Positions 42,941 through 52,382 of a DNA stretch of 64,000 nucleotides are shown here, piece by piece. The notes beneath the pieces were generated by a model. It worked only from the letters and a program-made list of their open reading frames with translations. It searched no databases and had not been told where the DNA came from. The stretch's first letter is position 1. Every line of letters begins with the position of its first letter. This DNA is from Vicinamibacteria bacterium (GTDB taxonomy: Bacteria > Acidobacteriota > Vicinamibacteria > Marinacidobacterales > Marinacidobacteraceae): assembly GCA_965115855.1 (NCBI GenBank), contig OZ220470.1, positions 2,328,422-2,392,421 of the forward strand, given 5' to 3'. The position numbers and the translations under genes are program-made.

Positions 42941-43900
42941 ATGCGCCCCCTTCTTCCCATGCTCGTTCTTCTTGCCGCATGCTCACCTCCCCCGCAAACG
43001 ACAACGACGGATGCCGGCGCCTTGCCGCCGATTCTCGCCCAGAACGCCTTCCTCTACTACCGCGATCTGGCCGAGGCGGAGGCGTTCTATCGCGATGTGC
43101 TCGGGTTGCCCCTTGCCGCCGACTTCGGCTTCGCCAAGATGTTCGAGGTGGCCGAATCCGCCTATCTGACGCTGGTGGACGAGGCCGAGGGGATGCACAG
43201 CGCCGACGAACCCAGGACGGTGGCCTTCGCGCTGATCACCGAACGACTCGCCGACTGGCAGGCGCGCCTCGAGGAGGCGGGCGCCGATTTCCGCAGCCGC
43301 TTCGACGAAACGGCTGCCGATCCGGAAGCCGCCCACCACGGATTCACCGTGTTTGATCCGGGGGGCTACATCCTGGAGTTCGAGCGGTTCCTGCCCCACC
43401 CCGAGAACGCCGACCTGATGCCGATTCTGGATGCCAGCGAACCCCTGGGCGGGGATCGGGCCGCCGCCGGACCGGGGATGGGCTTCGAGGCGATGATCGT
43501 CTGGCTCTACTACCCGGAGCTCCCTCCCCTGCTCGACTTTTACCAGGAGGCGTTCGGTTTGCCACAGACGGTGGATCAGGGATGGGCGAAGATCCTTCGG
43601 ACGTCCTATGCCGGGTTCATCGGCCTCGTGGACTCGAACCGGGGCATGCACCCGTTCACCGAGGACAAGTCGGTCACCGTGAGTTTCTTCGTGGACGCGG
43701 TCGAACCCTGGCATCGGCATCTCGAGGATTTTCCCGGGTATCGATCCCGCACCGGAATCGTGAACGAGAGCGACCGGGTGCGGGTCTTCGTCGGCTACGA
43801 CCCCGGAAACTACTTCCTCGAGTTCGACGCCTTTCTGGATGCGCCGGGGAACGAGACGTTGCGGTCCCGGCTCCGGACGATCCGGCGTGTTCCCCGCTGA
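42941..43900 (+). CDS. tandem VOC (glyoxalase/bleomycin-resistance fold) lipoprotein
   Basis: Lipobox LLAACS; two VOC-like beta-alpha-beta-beta-beta modules. Confidence 0.65.
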   Translation: MRPLLPMLVLLAACSPPPQTTTTDAGALPPILAQNAFLYYRDLAEAEAFYRDVLGLPLAADFGFAKMFEVAESAYLTLVDEAEGMHSADEPRTVAFALITERLADWQARLEEAGADFRSRFDETAADPEAAHHGFTVFDPGGYILEFERFLPHPENADLMPILDASEPLGGDRAAAGPGMGFEAMIVWLYYPELPPLLDFYQEAFGLPQTVDQGWAKILRTSYAGFIGLVDSNRGMHPFTEDKSVTVSFFVDAVEPWHRHLEDFPGYRSRTGIVNESDRVRVFVGYDPGNYFLEFDAFLDAPGNETLRSRLRTIRRVPR

Positions 43901-43905
43901 CGGGG

Positions 43906-44292
43906 CTACCGGTCCTCCTCGTAGCGCTGGCGGAGCGCCTCCACCCGGCGGCGGTTGGCGCCGAAATCCCAGATGACGAAGGAAAGGGACGAGGAGCGCA
44001 CATGGATCACGCCACGCTCCCGGCAGAGGGCGAACTCCAGGTCGTCGGGAAACCCGATCCGGTTCCGGTGCCGCGCCTGGACGTACATGTCCGATGCCCG
44101 GAGGATGTCCATGCGCGGAGTCTCGGCGATCAGCTGCTTCAGCCGGGCGAATGCCGCTGGCGGGTTTCCCCGGACCGGGAAGGGCTCGACCCGGTGGCGG
44201 GCCGCCGCATCGTTCCGGCTGGACACACAGGCCCACAACACCGGACACGGCCGCAGGCGGGCCGGCGTCGATGCGGGTGCGTCGGGGCTCAA
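43906..44292 (-). CDS. DUF1499-family protein
   Basis: Pattern DLEFALCRERGVIHVRSSSLSFVIWDFGANRRRVEALR matches DUF1499. Confidence 0.5.
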   Translation of the reverse strand: MSPDAPASTPARLRPCPVLWACVSSRNDAAARHRVEPFPVRGNPPAAFARLKQLIAETPRMDILRASDMYVQARHRNRIGFPDDLEFALCRERGVIHVRSSSLSFVIWDFGANRRRVEALRQRYEEDR

Positions 44293-45710
44293 CTCTTGAA
44301 GAACGTCAGGAATCCCCGGTAGAGCGACCAGAGGTCGGCCTTGGAGGCGACGTCGTAGGTGCTGTGCATGGACAGGATGCCCACTCCCCAGTCGGTGACC
44401 TCCATGTTCATCTGGTTGAAGTAGCGCGCAATGGTGCCGCCCCCGTAGCCGGCCTTGTAGGTGTGGCTCTGCCAGGCGACATCGTCATCGTCCAGGATGC
44501 GCCGCAGGCGGGCGACGAACTCGCTGTTGGCGCTGCGGCCGGCGCCGTAGAGCTTGATCACCAGGCCGTGGTGAAGCAGCGATGCGTTGTCCGGGGCCTG
44601 GGGGCCGGGCCAGAGCGGGTTGGTCGCGGTGGTGGTGTCGGCGGTGATCATGTCGGTGTTCGAGAAGGTCTCCATCACGTCGAGGGTGTCCACCGAGCCT
44701 TGCTCCGCCCGGATCATCTCGGCGACGATGCGCCGGAACCACTCGGAACCGACGCCGATGTTGGAGCCGCTCCCGACCTCCTCGTCGGTCACCAGATAAG
44801 CCATGGCGGTGTGGGTCGGAGTCCCGATGTCCTCCAGCGCGAAGACGTTCACCACCGCGGTCAGCCGGTCGTCAAGCCCGAAGGCGCCGAAGAGCGCCCG
44901 GTCCATTCCGATTTCCCGGGGCGGGGTGGTGGGGACGATCTGGAGGTCGCTGCTCACCCAGTCCTCCGGTTCGATCCCGAACTCGTCCCGGATGAGCGAG
45001 AGGGCCCGTTCCATGGTGTCCATGCCGTCTTCGCCGCCGGTGGGCGCCGAGGCGAGGATCGGGTCCAGCTCCTCCCGTTCGATGGCGTCCGCCCGCGTCC
45101 GGTTCCGGTAGTCGCGGTCCACATGGGGGGCGAGGTCCGGGATGAGCAGGACCGGGTCGTCCTCGTCGAACCCGTAGTCGATCCAGACCACGCTCCCGTC
45201 CTTCCGGTCCACCCGGCCGGTCAGGCCGAGCGGCACATTGACCCACTGGTAGCCCTTCAGTCCCCCGTGCACCAGGGTGTCGAACGCCACCGCATCGCCC
45301 TTCCGGGTCAGCGGGTGCGGCTTCAGCTCGAGCCGGACCGAGTCGATGTGGCTGTTGACGAGCCGCATCCCGGAAGCCAGCGGTTCGCTCCCGACCACCC
45401 ACAGGAGCATGGTCCGATCCCGGTTGACCGCATGGAAGCGATCGCCGGCCTGCACCTCGCGGATCGCGGGATCCCACGCCCGGAATCCCCGCGCCTCGGC
45501 CCAGGCCACCGTTTCCCGCACGAACGCCAGTTCGGTGCGGGCCCGGTCGATGTACGGGACGAACCGCCGGTACATCGCCTCGATGGCGGCGCGCTCGGCA
45601 TCGGTGGCGTTGGCCTCCAGGTTGCCGCGGCTCCCGTATTCCTCGGATGCGGCGAAGCTCGGAGCAAGGAGCGCGAGTGCCGCGCCGCAGGTCCATCGGT
45701 TGGCAAACAT
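44289..45710 (-). CDS. M18 family aminopeptidase (aspartyl aminopeptidase-like) with signal peptide
   Basis: 473 aa M18/M42-type dinuclear metallopeptidase with conserved blocks (HIDSV, VTDEEVGS, MHSTYD). Confidence 0.8.
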   Translation of the reverse strand: MFANRWTCGAALALLAPSFAASEEYGSRGNLEANATDAERAAIEAMYRRFVPYIDRARTELAFVRETVAWAEARGFRAWDPAIREVQAGDRFHAVNRDRTMLLWVVGSEPLASGMRLVNSHIDSVRLELKPHPLTRKGDAVAFDTLVHGGLKGYQWVNVPLGLTGRVDRKDGSVVWIDYGFDEDDPVLLIPDLAPHVDRDYRNRTRADAIEREELDPILASAPTGGEDGMDTMERALSLIRDEFGIEPEDWVSSDLQIVPTTPPREIGMDRALFGAFGLDDRLTAVVNVFALEDIGTPTHTAMAYLVTDEEVGSGSNIGVGSEWFRRIVAEMIRAEQGSVDTLDVMETFSNTDMITADTTTATNPLWPGPQAPDNASLLHHGLVIKLYGAGRSANSEFVARLRRILDDDDVAWQSHTYKAGYGGGTIARYFNQMNMEVTDWGVGILSMHSTYDVASKADLWSLYRGFLTFFKS

Positions 45711-45763
45711 CGGTATTCTCCGGGTCCCCGCATCGTAACGGTTCCCGGCGGTTCGCTGGTAGC

Positions 45764-47002
45764 ATGGTCTTCCCCGGGAAGCACTTCATGGGAAAAGGCA
45801 AGATCGGTCCCCGAGGCTACCGGTCGTTCGGCTATCTGACCCCCGGGGAGGACTACGCCCCGAGGGATCTGGTGGAGGATGCCGCGCTCTTCCCCGCCCA
45901 CCCGGTGCCGCTCGGGCCGGACGAGGAGGAACGGGCCGGGCGGCTGGCAGCGGAACTGGTCCTGGTCTCGCTTCACGAACACCTCGGATCCTTCCCGCGG
46001 AACATCGGGGAGACACCGGACTATGTTCGGGAGGGTCGGATCTTCACTCCGTTCGCAGCCTTGGCGCGCAGCGACTGGGACTGCGTCTTCGACAACCTGC
46101 TGGACGGGATCTGCCGGATCGAGTCGCGGCGCGGCTGGAAGTGGAACGAGGTGCTTCACGACCTCGGGATGCGGCTCGCCGACATCGCCCATCAGGATTT
46201 TCTGATCCACTGCAAGTCGGTGGACGACATCCTTCGGGCCCACGCCGAAGGGAAGCTGGCCTGGGTGGCGGCGATCGAGGGCGCCGCGCCCATCGAGAAC
46301 GAACCGGACCGGGTCGAGGTGCTGTACGGCCTCGGCGTTCGCGAGATGGGGATCACCTACAGCGAGTCGAACGCCCTCGGCAGCGGTCTCAAGGAGGCGA
46401 ACGACGGCGGGCTGACGGCCTTCGGACGTGAGGTGGTCACCCGTATGAATCGGGTGGGGATGCTCATCGACACCGCCCATTGCGGCGACCGGACCACCCT
46501 CGACGTGATCGAGGCCAGCAGCAAACCGGTTTCCATCACCCATATCGGCGCGCGGACGCTATGGAACACCCGTCGCATGGCGCCCGACGAGGTGCTCCGG
46601 GCCTGCGCCGAGCGAGGCGGGATTATCGGCATCGAGGCGGCGCCACACACCACCCTGACCAGGCGCCACCCGAAGCACGACATCGAGTCGTTCATGGAGC
46701 ACTTCGAGTTCGTTGCCAACCTGGTGGGAATCGATCACGTCGGCTTCGGTCCGGATACCGTCTTCGGGGACCACGTGGGTCTCCATCAGGTGTACGCCTC
46801 GGCGCTTTCGATCCGGAAGGCGGGCGGCGCCCTCGGTGGCCCGGACTTCGAGCGGGTTTCCCATGTCGCCGGCATCGAGAACCCGGTCGAGGGCTCGAAG
46901 AACATCCTCCGCTGGTTGGTGAAACACGGCTACCCGGACGAGGACATCGGCAAGGTCATGGGCGGGAACGCCCTCCGGGTGCTGCGGGAAGTCTGGGGGT
47001 GA
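45764..47002 (+). CDS. membrane dipeptidase (peptidase M19 / renal dipeptidase family)
   Basis: M19 signature (DTAHCGD, GIDHVGFGPD) within a TIM-barrel amidohydrolase fold. Confidence 0.85.
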   Translation: MVFPGKHFMGKGKIGPRGYRSFGYLTPGEDYAPRDLVEDAALFPAHPVPLGPDEEERAGRLAAELVLVSLHEHLGSFPRNIGETPDYVREGRIFTPFAALARSDWDCVFDNLLDGICRIESRRGWKWNEVLHDLGMRLADIAHQDFLIHCKSVDDILRAHAEGKLAWVAAIEGAAPIENEPDRVEVLYGLGVREMGITYSESNALGSGLKEANDGGLTAFGREVVTRMNRVGMLIDTAHCGDRTTLDVIEASSKPVSITHIGARTLWNTRRMAPDEVLRACAERGGIIGIEAAPHTTLTRRHPKHDIESFMEHFEFVANLVGIDHVGFGPDTVFGDHVGLHQVYASALSIRKAGGALGGPDFERVSHVAGIENPVEGSKNILRWLVKHGYPDEDIGKVMGGNALRVLREVWG

Positions 47003-47538
47003 GGCGTCTCCGGTTCCTTCCGGTCCTCGCCGGACTGGCGGGCGCCGCTTCCGGGCAGCCGGCCATCGAGACCACGGTGGACATGACCGATCCGGGCTCC
47101 GGACGCGCCCGGACGGTGGTTCGTGTTCCCGGGGGCGCCTGGCATGCCCTCGTGCGCGGAGCGGGGCAAGGCTGGCGACTCGAGGCGCTGCGCGCTGACG
47201 AAGCCGGGGTGCTGGAGACCGCGGTGGCTCCCGGCGCGGACGGATGGGTCCGGGTTCCCGTCCCGTTGCCCGTCGAACGCGCCGGCGAGCTGGCTTTCGC
47301 TGCCACCATCCACCCGCCACCCGGATACCGGGTCGAGGATCCGTTTCCGGCGCGGGTCGAGGCGTCCGGGGCCGGAGTGCGCGTGGACCTGCCCGCGCCG
47401 CCGTCCCTCCTGCGTTTCCGGCTGGTCCCCGAACAGTCGTCGGGCCTCGGCCTGACCACCGTGGTGGACGCCGCCGCCCTGATCCTCCTGCTGGGCCTCG
47501 CCGTCCTCGGCGCCGTCCGCCTGGGCCGCGCCTGGTGA
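46998..47538 (+). CDS. hypothetical exported protein with C-terminal TM anchor
   Basis: GTG start overlaps the dipeptidase stop. Signal peptide RRLRFLPVLAGLAGAASG and C-terminal hydrophobic helix. Confidence 0.4.
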
Positions 47539-47630
47539 TCCGGTTCTCCTTCTGGGGCCCATTTGCGGCTGTTGCCGCCATCCTGATCGCATACTACGCC
47601 TGGATGCGCCATCGGGAGCGCTCCGACTGA
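47537..47630 (+). CDS. small membrane protein (DUF3311-like, typical partner of SSS transporters)
   Basis: 31 aa: VIRFSFWGPFAAVAAILIAYYAWMRHRERSD. Its stop overlaps the symporter start. Confidence 0.4.
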
Positions 47631-49066
47631 CCGGGATCGTCTTCGGCGTCTACCTCGCCACGATCTTCCTGATCGGGTGGGTGGCGCTCCGCCGCACGCG
47701 AAACGAGAGCGATTACTGGATTGCCGGGGGCCGGCTCGGCTGGTTCCTCGGGGGGGCGACGCTGGCCGCCACCCACGCGAGCGCCGGAACCTACATCGGG
47801 ACCGTGGGAGTGATCCACGCGGTGGGGTGGGAATTCGCCTGGCTCGTCCTGTTCATCCCCCTGAGCTACTGGTTCATGGCGGGGGCGCTGGCGCCCCGCT
47901 TCGCCCGCACGCGGGAACTCACCCTGCCGGCATTTCTCGAGCGCCGCTACTACAGCCGCCGCGCCCGCGCCCTCGCCGCGGTGGTGATCCTCATCGCCAC
48001 CACCGTGTACATCCAGGCGCAGGTCCTCGCCGGCGGGCTCATCGCCCAGACCGTGTTCGGCATCCCGCCGACCTGGGGCATGGCCGTCTTCACCGTGATC
48101 CTGCTGGCCTATACCGCGGTCGGCGGCATGGTGGCGGTGGTCTGGACCGACCTGGTGCAGCTGGTGGTCATGGTCGTCGGCGCGCTGATCGCGGTTCCCA
48201 TGGTCTGGCGGATACTGGATGGCCCGGCGGCCCTGTTCGCCGCCGTCGAGACCCTGCGGCCGGATGCCTTCGCGTTCGGGCAGCTGCCCGGCCTGTTGCT
48301 GTTCACGATGGGCATCTCGTTCCTGCTGGGGGGAATCGCCACCCCCGAGAAGCTGGTGCGGCTCCATGCGATGCGCGACCAGCGCTCCATCCGCCGGGGA
48401 CTGCTGCTGGCCATGGCGGTCGCCTCCGGCGTGAATCTGCTGGTGTTCCTGCTGGCGCTCGCGGCGATGGGGCTCTTTCCGGTGTTGCCGAGCGGGGATC
48501 TCGCCATGCCGCTGATCGCCTCGGCGGCGCTGCCCCCGGTGCTCGGAACGATCCTGCTCGCTGCCATCGTGTCGGCGATCATGTCCACGGTGGATTCGCT
48601 GCTGCTGGTGGCCGGATCGGCCCTTGCGCACGACATCCTCGGTGCGTTGCGCCCGGGCGCCTCCGACCGGGCCCGACTCGCCGCCGCCCGACTCGGCATC
48701 CTGCTGGTCGGGGCGGCGCCGCTGGTCCTGATCCTGAGCGGCGTGGGAGAGGGGGATCTGGTGCAGTTCATCGTGCTGTTCTTCACCGCGATCATGGCCA
48801 GCGCCTTCTTCGTGCCGGTAGTGGTGGGCGTCTACTGGCGGCGACTGACCCGCGAAGGGGCGGTGGCGGCGATGGTCGCGGGAGTGGCCACCGTATTCGG
48901 ATGGCAGGCGGATATCCTGCCGTGGACCGGGTTCGGACCAGACTTGGTGCATCCGGCGGCGCCGGGAGTGCTGGTCTCGCTGCTCGTCGGCGTGTTGGTG
49001 AGCCGAGCGACCCCGCCGCCGCCGGAGTCCGCGCTCGCGCCGTATTTCGGAGGGACGGATCGATGA
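47626..49066 (+). CDS. sodium:solute symporter (SSS family)
   Basis: ~480 aa, 13 TM helices, with SSS conserved blocks. Start codon is ambiguous (non-ATG, CTG/ATC region at 47626-47640). Confidence 0.85.
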
Positions 49067-49437
49067 AGGTGAAGGGACTCGGAGTGCGGGTTGTCGGCGG
49101 CATGGGCCTGCCGCCCTTCGGCGTGATCGTGAGCCGGGCGCCACTGCCGGAGTCCGCGCTCGCGCCATATTTCGGAGGGACGGATCGATGAAGGTGAGGG
49201 GACGCGGGGTGCGGGTTATCGGCGGCATGGGCCTGCCGCCTGTCGGCGTGATCGTGAGGCGGGCACCGCTGCCGGAGTCCGCGCTCGCACCGTATTTCGG
49301 AGGGACGGGTCGATGAAGGTGAGGGGACTCGGGGTGCGGGTTATCGGCGGCATGGATCTGCCGCCTGTCGGCGTGATCGTGAGCCGGGCGCCGCTGCCGG
49401 AGTCCGCGCTCCGGCCCTGTTTCGGGAGGACCGGCCG
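49063..49437 (+). repeat. 3 tandem copies of a 125-bp unit spanning the SSS-stop/SDR-start junction
   Basis: Period exactly 125 bp, starting at 49063, 49188, 49313 and 49438. Units are diverged, not identical. Each carries GGAGGG, an ATG and a 42-aa ORF whose TGA overlaps the next ATG. Confidence 0.9.
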
Positions 49438-50229
49438 ATGAAGCTCGAGGGACGTGGAGTTCTCGTCACGGGCGGCGCCCGCGGCATGGGCCTGCTGCTC
49501 GCGCGCATGGCGCAGGAGCGCGGAGCCCGGGTGGCGATCTGGGATACCCACGACAGCGCCCTCGCTGCTGCCAGCGGGGAACTCGGCGGCGCGGTCGCTG
49601 CCGACGCGGTGGACGTTGGGTGTCCGGAAGCGGTGGGTCTCGCAGCCGAACGGCTTCCCTTCGCGGTGGACGTGCTCGTGAACAACGCCGGCGTGGTCTC
49701 CGGCAAGCGCTTCCCCGAGCTGACGCCGGAGGAGGTCCGCCGTACCCTGCGCGTGAATCTGGAAGCGTTGTTCTGGACTACCCGCGCGTTTCTTCCCGGC
49801 ATGGTGCGCCGTGGTGAGGGCCATCTCGTGACCATGGCCTCCGCCGGCGGTCTTGTCGGCGTCCCGGCGCTCTCCGACTACTGCGCGTCCAAGTTCGGAG
49901 CGGTCGGGTTCCACGAATCGGTTCGCGCCGAACTGCGGCACACGGCGCCCGGCATCGGGACCACCCTGGTGTGCCCCTTCTTCGTGAACACCGGAATGTT
50001 CGCGGGAGTGCGGACCCGGTTCCCGTTCCTGCTCCCGATTCTCGATCCGGGCGCGGTCGCCGCGGCGACTGTCCGCGCCATCGAGCGGAATCGGGCGACG
50101 GTGGTCCTCCCCTGGTTCGTCCACTCGCTCAAGCTGCTCCGGCTGCTGCCGTCGGCCTGGCTGGATCCGATCGCCGCCTTTTTCGGCATCCACGCTTCGA
50201 TGAGAAGCTTCACCGGCCGCCGACGTTGA
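49438..50229 (+). CDS. short-chain dehydrogenase/reductase (SDR)
   Basis: TGGARGMG cofactor motif, NNAG, and catalytic YxxxK (YCASK). Confidence 0.85.
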   Translation: MKLEGRGVLVTGGARGMGLLLARMAQERGARVAIWDTHDSALAAASGELGGAVAADAVDVGCPEAVGLAAERLPFAVDVLVNNAGVVSGKRFPELTPEEVRRTLRVNLEALFWTTRAFLPGMVRRGEGHLVTMASAGGLVGVPALSDYCASKFGAVGFHESVRAELRHTAPGIGTTLVCPFFVNTGMFAGVRTRFPFLLPILDPGAVAAATVRAIERNRATVVLPWFVHSLKLLRLLPSAWLDPIAAFFGIHASMRSFTGRRR

Positions 50230-50239
50230 CCGTTTGTAT

Positions 50240-50300
50240 CGAATTCGGTAAAAATTACCAACTTCAACTTCCCTGCAAAAGTTACCAACTTCCCTGGAGG
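50240..50300 (+). promoter_or_regulatory. AT-rich promoter-like region with direct repeats upstream of the lipoprotein gene
   Basis: aaaattaccaacttc(aacttc)cctg and aaaagttaccaacttccctg at 50250-50296; SD GGAGG 8 nt before ATG 50309. Local GC is far below the genome background. Confidence 0.4.
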
Positions 50301-50308
50301 TAATCACC

Positions 50309-51073
50309 ATGCGTTTCCTTTTCCGTGCAGGTCTCCTGTTCCTGCTGGCCGGAGCTTTCGCGCTTGCCGGATGCGGCGACGACGACGATCCGGTCACCCC
50401 GGCTCCGGCCCCCGCTCCGGCTCCGGCGCCAGCCCCGGCTCCGGCACCAGCGCCAGCCCCCGCTCCCGATGATCATGACCACGACGAGGAGATGGTGATG
50501 TACACGTTCGGCGAGCCCATGCGCAAGATCGGCCCCAGTGTCGAGGGCTCCCTTCCCGAAGGCACGAAATACGCCGGTTCGCTGGCCTTGGTCGCGCACT
50601 CCGCCGACTCGATGTTGTTCGAGAAGGGCGGCATGGCGTCAGCCGGGTTGAAGACGCTGGCCGAGACCGGGGATGCCACCGACTTCCTTGCCGAAGCCGA
50701 GGCGGCGGACGCCACCGTGATCGCCAGGACCCAGGCCGAGCTGCTCGCCTTGTTCCTCAAGGAGGATCCTTCCATCGAGGTTCATCACGACAAGCCGTGC
50801 CTCACCTATGCCCAGATGATGTCGCCGACTCCCGACTGGTTCATCGGGGTCTCCAAGTTCTGTCTGGTGGACGAGAACGACGAATGGATGGAGGAAGCGA
50901 CCTTCGATCTGGTCGTCTACGACGCCGGCACCATGGATGGGGACGAGTTCGTCAAGGGCATGGGCCCGGCGACCGACCCGCAGGGCATGATCGAGCACCT
51001 CAACCTGGATCCCTGGTTCAAGGCTCCGGCGGTCGCTCAGACGCACACCCTGATGCTCAAGCACGACCACTAG
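50309..51073 (+). CDS. lipoprotein with (PA)n linker and spondin_N-like domain
   Basis: Lipobox LALAGC, (PAPA)x12 linker, His/Asp-rich segment. C-terminal domain with DWFIGVSKFCL resembles spondin_N. Confidence 0.55.
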   Translation: MRFLFRAGLLFLLAGAFALAGCGDDDDPVTPAPAPAPAPAPAPAPAPAPAPAPDDHDHDEEMVMYTFGEPMRKIGPSVEGSLPEGTKYAGSLALVAHSADSMLFEKGGMASAGLKTLAETGDATDFLAEAEAADATVIARTQAELLALFLKEDPSIEVHHDKPCLTYAQMMSPTPDWFIGVSKFCLVDENDEWMEEATFDLVVYDAGTMDGDEFVKGMGPATDPQGMIEHLNLDPWFKAPAVAQTHTLMLKHDH

Positions 51074-51137
51074 AAGGTAGTGGGGCCAGAGTCCCGCGCG
51101 AGGAGTAGCCGTTCGCGCGGGACCCCGGCGCAGTCTC

Positions 51138-52316
51138 CTACGGCGCGATGCCGGCCATCCGGGAGAAAACCGCCCGATGGCCGGCGACGATGTGCTCCCG
51201 CGCCTCCGCGTTGGGTTCGAGGGACCACTCTCCTCGTTCCATCGTGCTTCCGAGCACGATCCCGTCGTTCCTCGGCATCATCCCCAGCCCGGTCACTCCG
51301 GGAGGCGGTTCGATGGTGGGAGAGGAAAGGGAGTACTGCACCTCGGCTTGGGGGACCAGTACGGTGAGCTGTCCCCGGAACGGCACGAGTTCCTGGTCGT
51401 CGAACAGGTCCTTGGCTCCGAGTCCGCTGCAATTCATCACCAGCGACTCGTCGAGCGCTGCGATGTCCCGGGCGCTTTCGAACTTGCGGATGCGGATGCG
51501 CCCACCCGCCGCCCGGAAATCCCGGACCAGCGCGTCGAGATAGAGCGCCGGCTCGATCCGGATGGTGCTACGCCGAATCGCATATCGCGAAGGGAAGGGG
51601 TGCTCACCGGGTCCGAGCACGAAGCGTCCGGGGTCGAGCTCCTCGGGAACCAGCGGCGCGCGTCCGCGGGGGCGGCCCCGCCCGGCGCGTGGTTGCCGGT
51701 CGCTCATCGAGTACCGGTCGATCCAGGTAATCCCGTAATCCCGGCCATTGAGCCACTGGAACTCGCGAAAGGACTCCCGCGCCGCCGCCCGGAATTGCCG
51801 GTCCCAGGCCGGCGTCCGCTGGCGGTCGTCCACGGTCCACGCGCCGGGGGTGAACCCGGCCCACGCCATGTTGGAGGTGGTGTCGGGCGGTACCGACATG
51901 GCGAAGATCGTGACGTCGAAGCCGCGCCGCTGCAGCTGGCGCGCGGTGGCGAGCCCGACCGCGCCGCATCCGATCACCGCCGCCTGCCGTTCCCGATGGT
52001 CGAGGGCCTGTTCCGCGGCCATGCGGCCGCTGCCCCAGGAGAGCGAGATTCCGGCGCCGCCGTGTCCGTAGTTGTGGATCACGGTGGTGTCGTCGAGCTT
52101 CGCGGCGCGGAGGACGAATCCCGACGGGCGGTGCGGCCGAAGTCCCACCGTCGTGCGGATGATCCGGTCCGGGGAACAGAGCACCGGAGGCAGTCGGAGC
52201 GGGGGCCGCGTGCGGATGTCGGGGCGCGCCCCCCGCGTCGAACAGCCGCCGAGCGCGACTCCCAGCAGGCCGGCCCCGCCGGCGCCCATTAGCGTCCTTC
52301 GGTCCATGCGTCGCCT
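51138..52316 (-). CDS. FAD-dependent oxidoreductase (D-amino-acid oxidase family) with Tat/lipoprotein-type signal
   Basis: N-term MDRRTLMGAGGAGLLGVALGGCS; dinucleotide-binding VIGCGAVG; DAO-family C-terminal block. Confidence 0.75.
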   Translation of the reverse strand, partial: RRRMDRRTLMGAGGAGLLGVALGGCSTRGARPDIRTRPPLRLPPVLCSPDRIIRTTVGLRPHRPSGFVLRAAKLDDTTVIHNYGHGGAGISLSWGSGRMAAEQALDHRERQAAVIGCGAVGLATARQLQRRGFDVTIFAMSVPPDTTSNMAWAGFTPGAWTVDDRQRTPAWDRQFRAAARESFREFQWLNGRDYGITWIDRYSMSDRQPRAGRGRPRGRAPLVPEELDPGRFVLGPGEHPFPSRYAIRRSTIRIEPALYLDALVRDFRAAGGRIRIRKFESARDIAALDESLVMNCSGLGAKDLFDDQELVPFRGQLTVLVPQAEVQYSLSSPTIEPPPGVTGLGMMPRNDGIVLGSTMERGEWSLEPNAEAREHIVAGHRAVFSRMAGIAP

Positions 52317-52382
52317 CCCGCGGCAAGAGGCGCAACGGTACCACCCGGTTGCGGGACGGGGGACTATGATTCGAGTTCTCCG

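Noticed and set aside
47594-49228. 544-aa minus-strand ORF antisense to the SSS transporter
   Set aside because: His/Arg/Asp/Gly-rich antisense artefact; the + strand transporter is unambiguous.
49063-49437. Tandem repeats considered as a possible CRISPR array
   Set aside because: The unit is 125 bp with no repeat-spacer alternation, copies are contiguous and protein-coding, and there are no cas genes. It is a junction tandem duplication, not CRISPR.
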